Below are positions 63,626 to 64,000 of a DNA stretch of 64,000 nucleotides, one piece after another. A program made the translations under genes and the position numbers. Origin of the DNA: Candidatus Latescibacterota bacterium (GTDB lineage: Bacteria > Latescibacterota > UBA2968 > UBA8231); assembly GCA_965248355.1 (NCBI GenBank), contig OZ252098.1, positions 3,200,001-3,264,000 of the forward strand. Reading direction: 5' to 3'. The notes under the pieces were generated by a model. It did no database searches. It was not told the origin of the DNA and was given only the letters and a program-made list of their open reading frames with translations. Within the stretch, counting starts at the first letter, position 1, and each line of letters begins with the position of its first letter.

Positions 63626-64000
63626 ATGATGTTCAAGATGCTCACGCACTTCACCCGCTTCGTACTGCCCATCGCGCTGTTCCTGGTCCCGGCCGGACAT
63701 GTCCCGCTGCTTTGGTCCCAATCCCTAGATTTCGCTCCACCAAGGCCGGATGGACCCGCCAAGATCCAGAGCTCCTTGTGGGCGCTGGCCGCGCTTGATC
63801 CCGCGGCAAAGCCAGCGGGGCCGGAGGCTACCGGAGAGCTGCAGGAGCCGGTGGTGGTCATCCTCGTCCCGAACCCCGGCGAGGGATCAGCCTCCATCGA
63901 CACCACATCCCTGGCATCACTCGGTGGAAAGGTGCTGGCCAGGTCCCGCAGTCTGATGCGGGTCTCCGTTCCCCCATCCTCGCTCTTGGCCCTCTCCGAG
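63626..64000 (+). CDS. N-terminus of a secreted protein, possibly an S8 protease propeptide; runs off the window end
   Basis: Read by hand: MMFKMLTHFTRFVLPIALFLVPAG...VVVILVP...LGGKVLARSRSLMRVSVPPSSLLALSE, open to the window end. Confidence 0.6.
   Translation, partial: MMFKMLTHFTRFVLPIALFLVPAGHVPLLWSQSLDFAPPRPDGPAKIQSSLWALAALDPAAKPAGPEATGELQEPVVVILVPNPGEGSASIDTTSLASLGGKVLARSRSLMRVSVPPSSLLALSE

Overview
Very GC-rich bacterial chromosome segment of about 50 genes. An FCB-group lineage such as Latescibacterota is inferred from a YPNPFN/FlgD-type C-terminal sorting domain, a C-terminal 'WGxIK' motif, internalin-like LRRs and two PhyH genes. Much of it is housekeeping or metabolic: cysK, a groEL with a CIRCE box but no groES, moaC, an mfd-ppiC-surA-S4-methyltransferase-nrnA-argF operon, yfbR, nfeD/floA, a sigma54 two-component pair, rpoZ, tal and tsaE. 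It also holds an outer-membrane gene cluster and a decayed island (IS630, IS1182-like fragment, gutted DEAD/DEAH helicase) at the 3' end of tRNA-Leu(CAA). The best leads are: (1) an exported UxxC redoxin selenoprotein with a clear SECIS hairpin, which the ORF track split in two; (2) a DUF455 diiron/ATP-grasp fusion coupled to a PhzF-like gene; (3) a very divergent IDH/IPMDH-family protein that keeps the catalytic residues but has no recognisable coenzyme motif; (4) a convergent envelope cluster with an HExxH/PD40/Omp85 protein, a FadL/PorV-like barrel, a Gly/Tyr-rich lipoprotein and a GT-C glycosyltransferase; (5) an archaeal-type 2-phosphoglycerate kinase and a tandem YjbQ protein. All family calls come from recognising motifs by eye; no searches were run.
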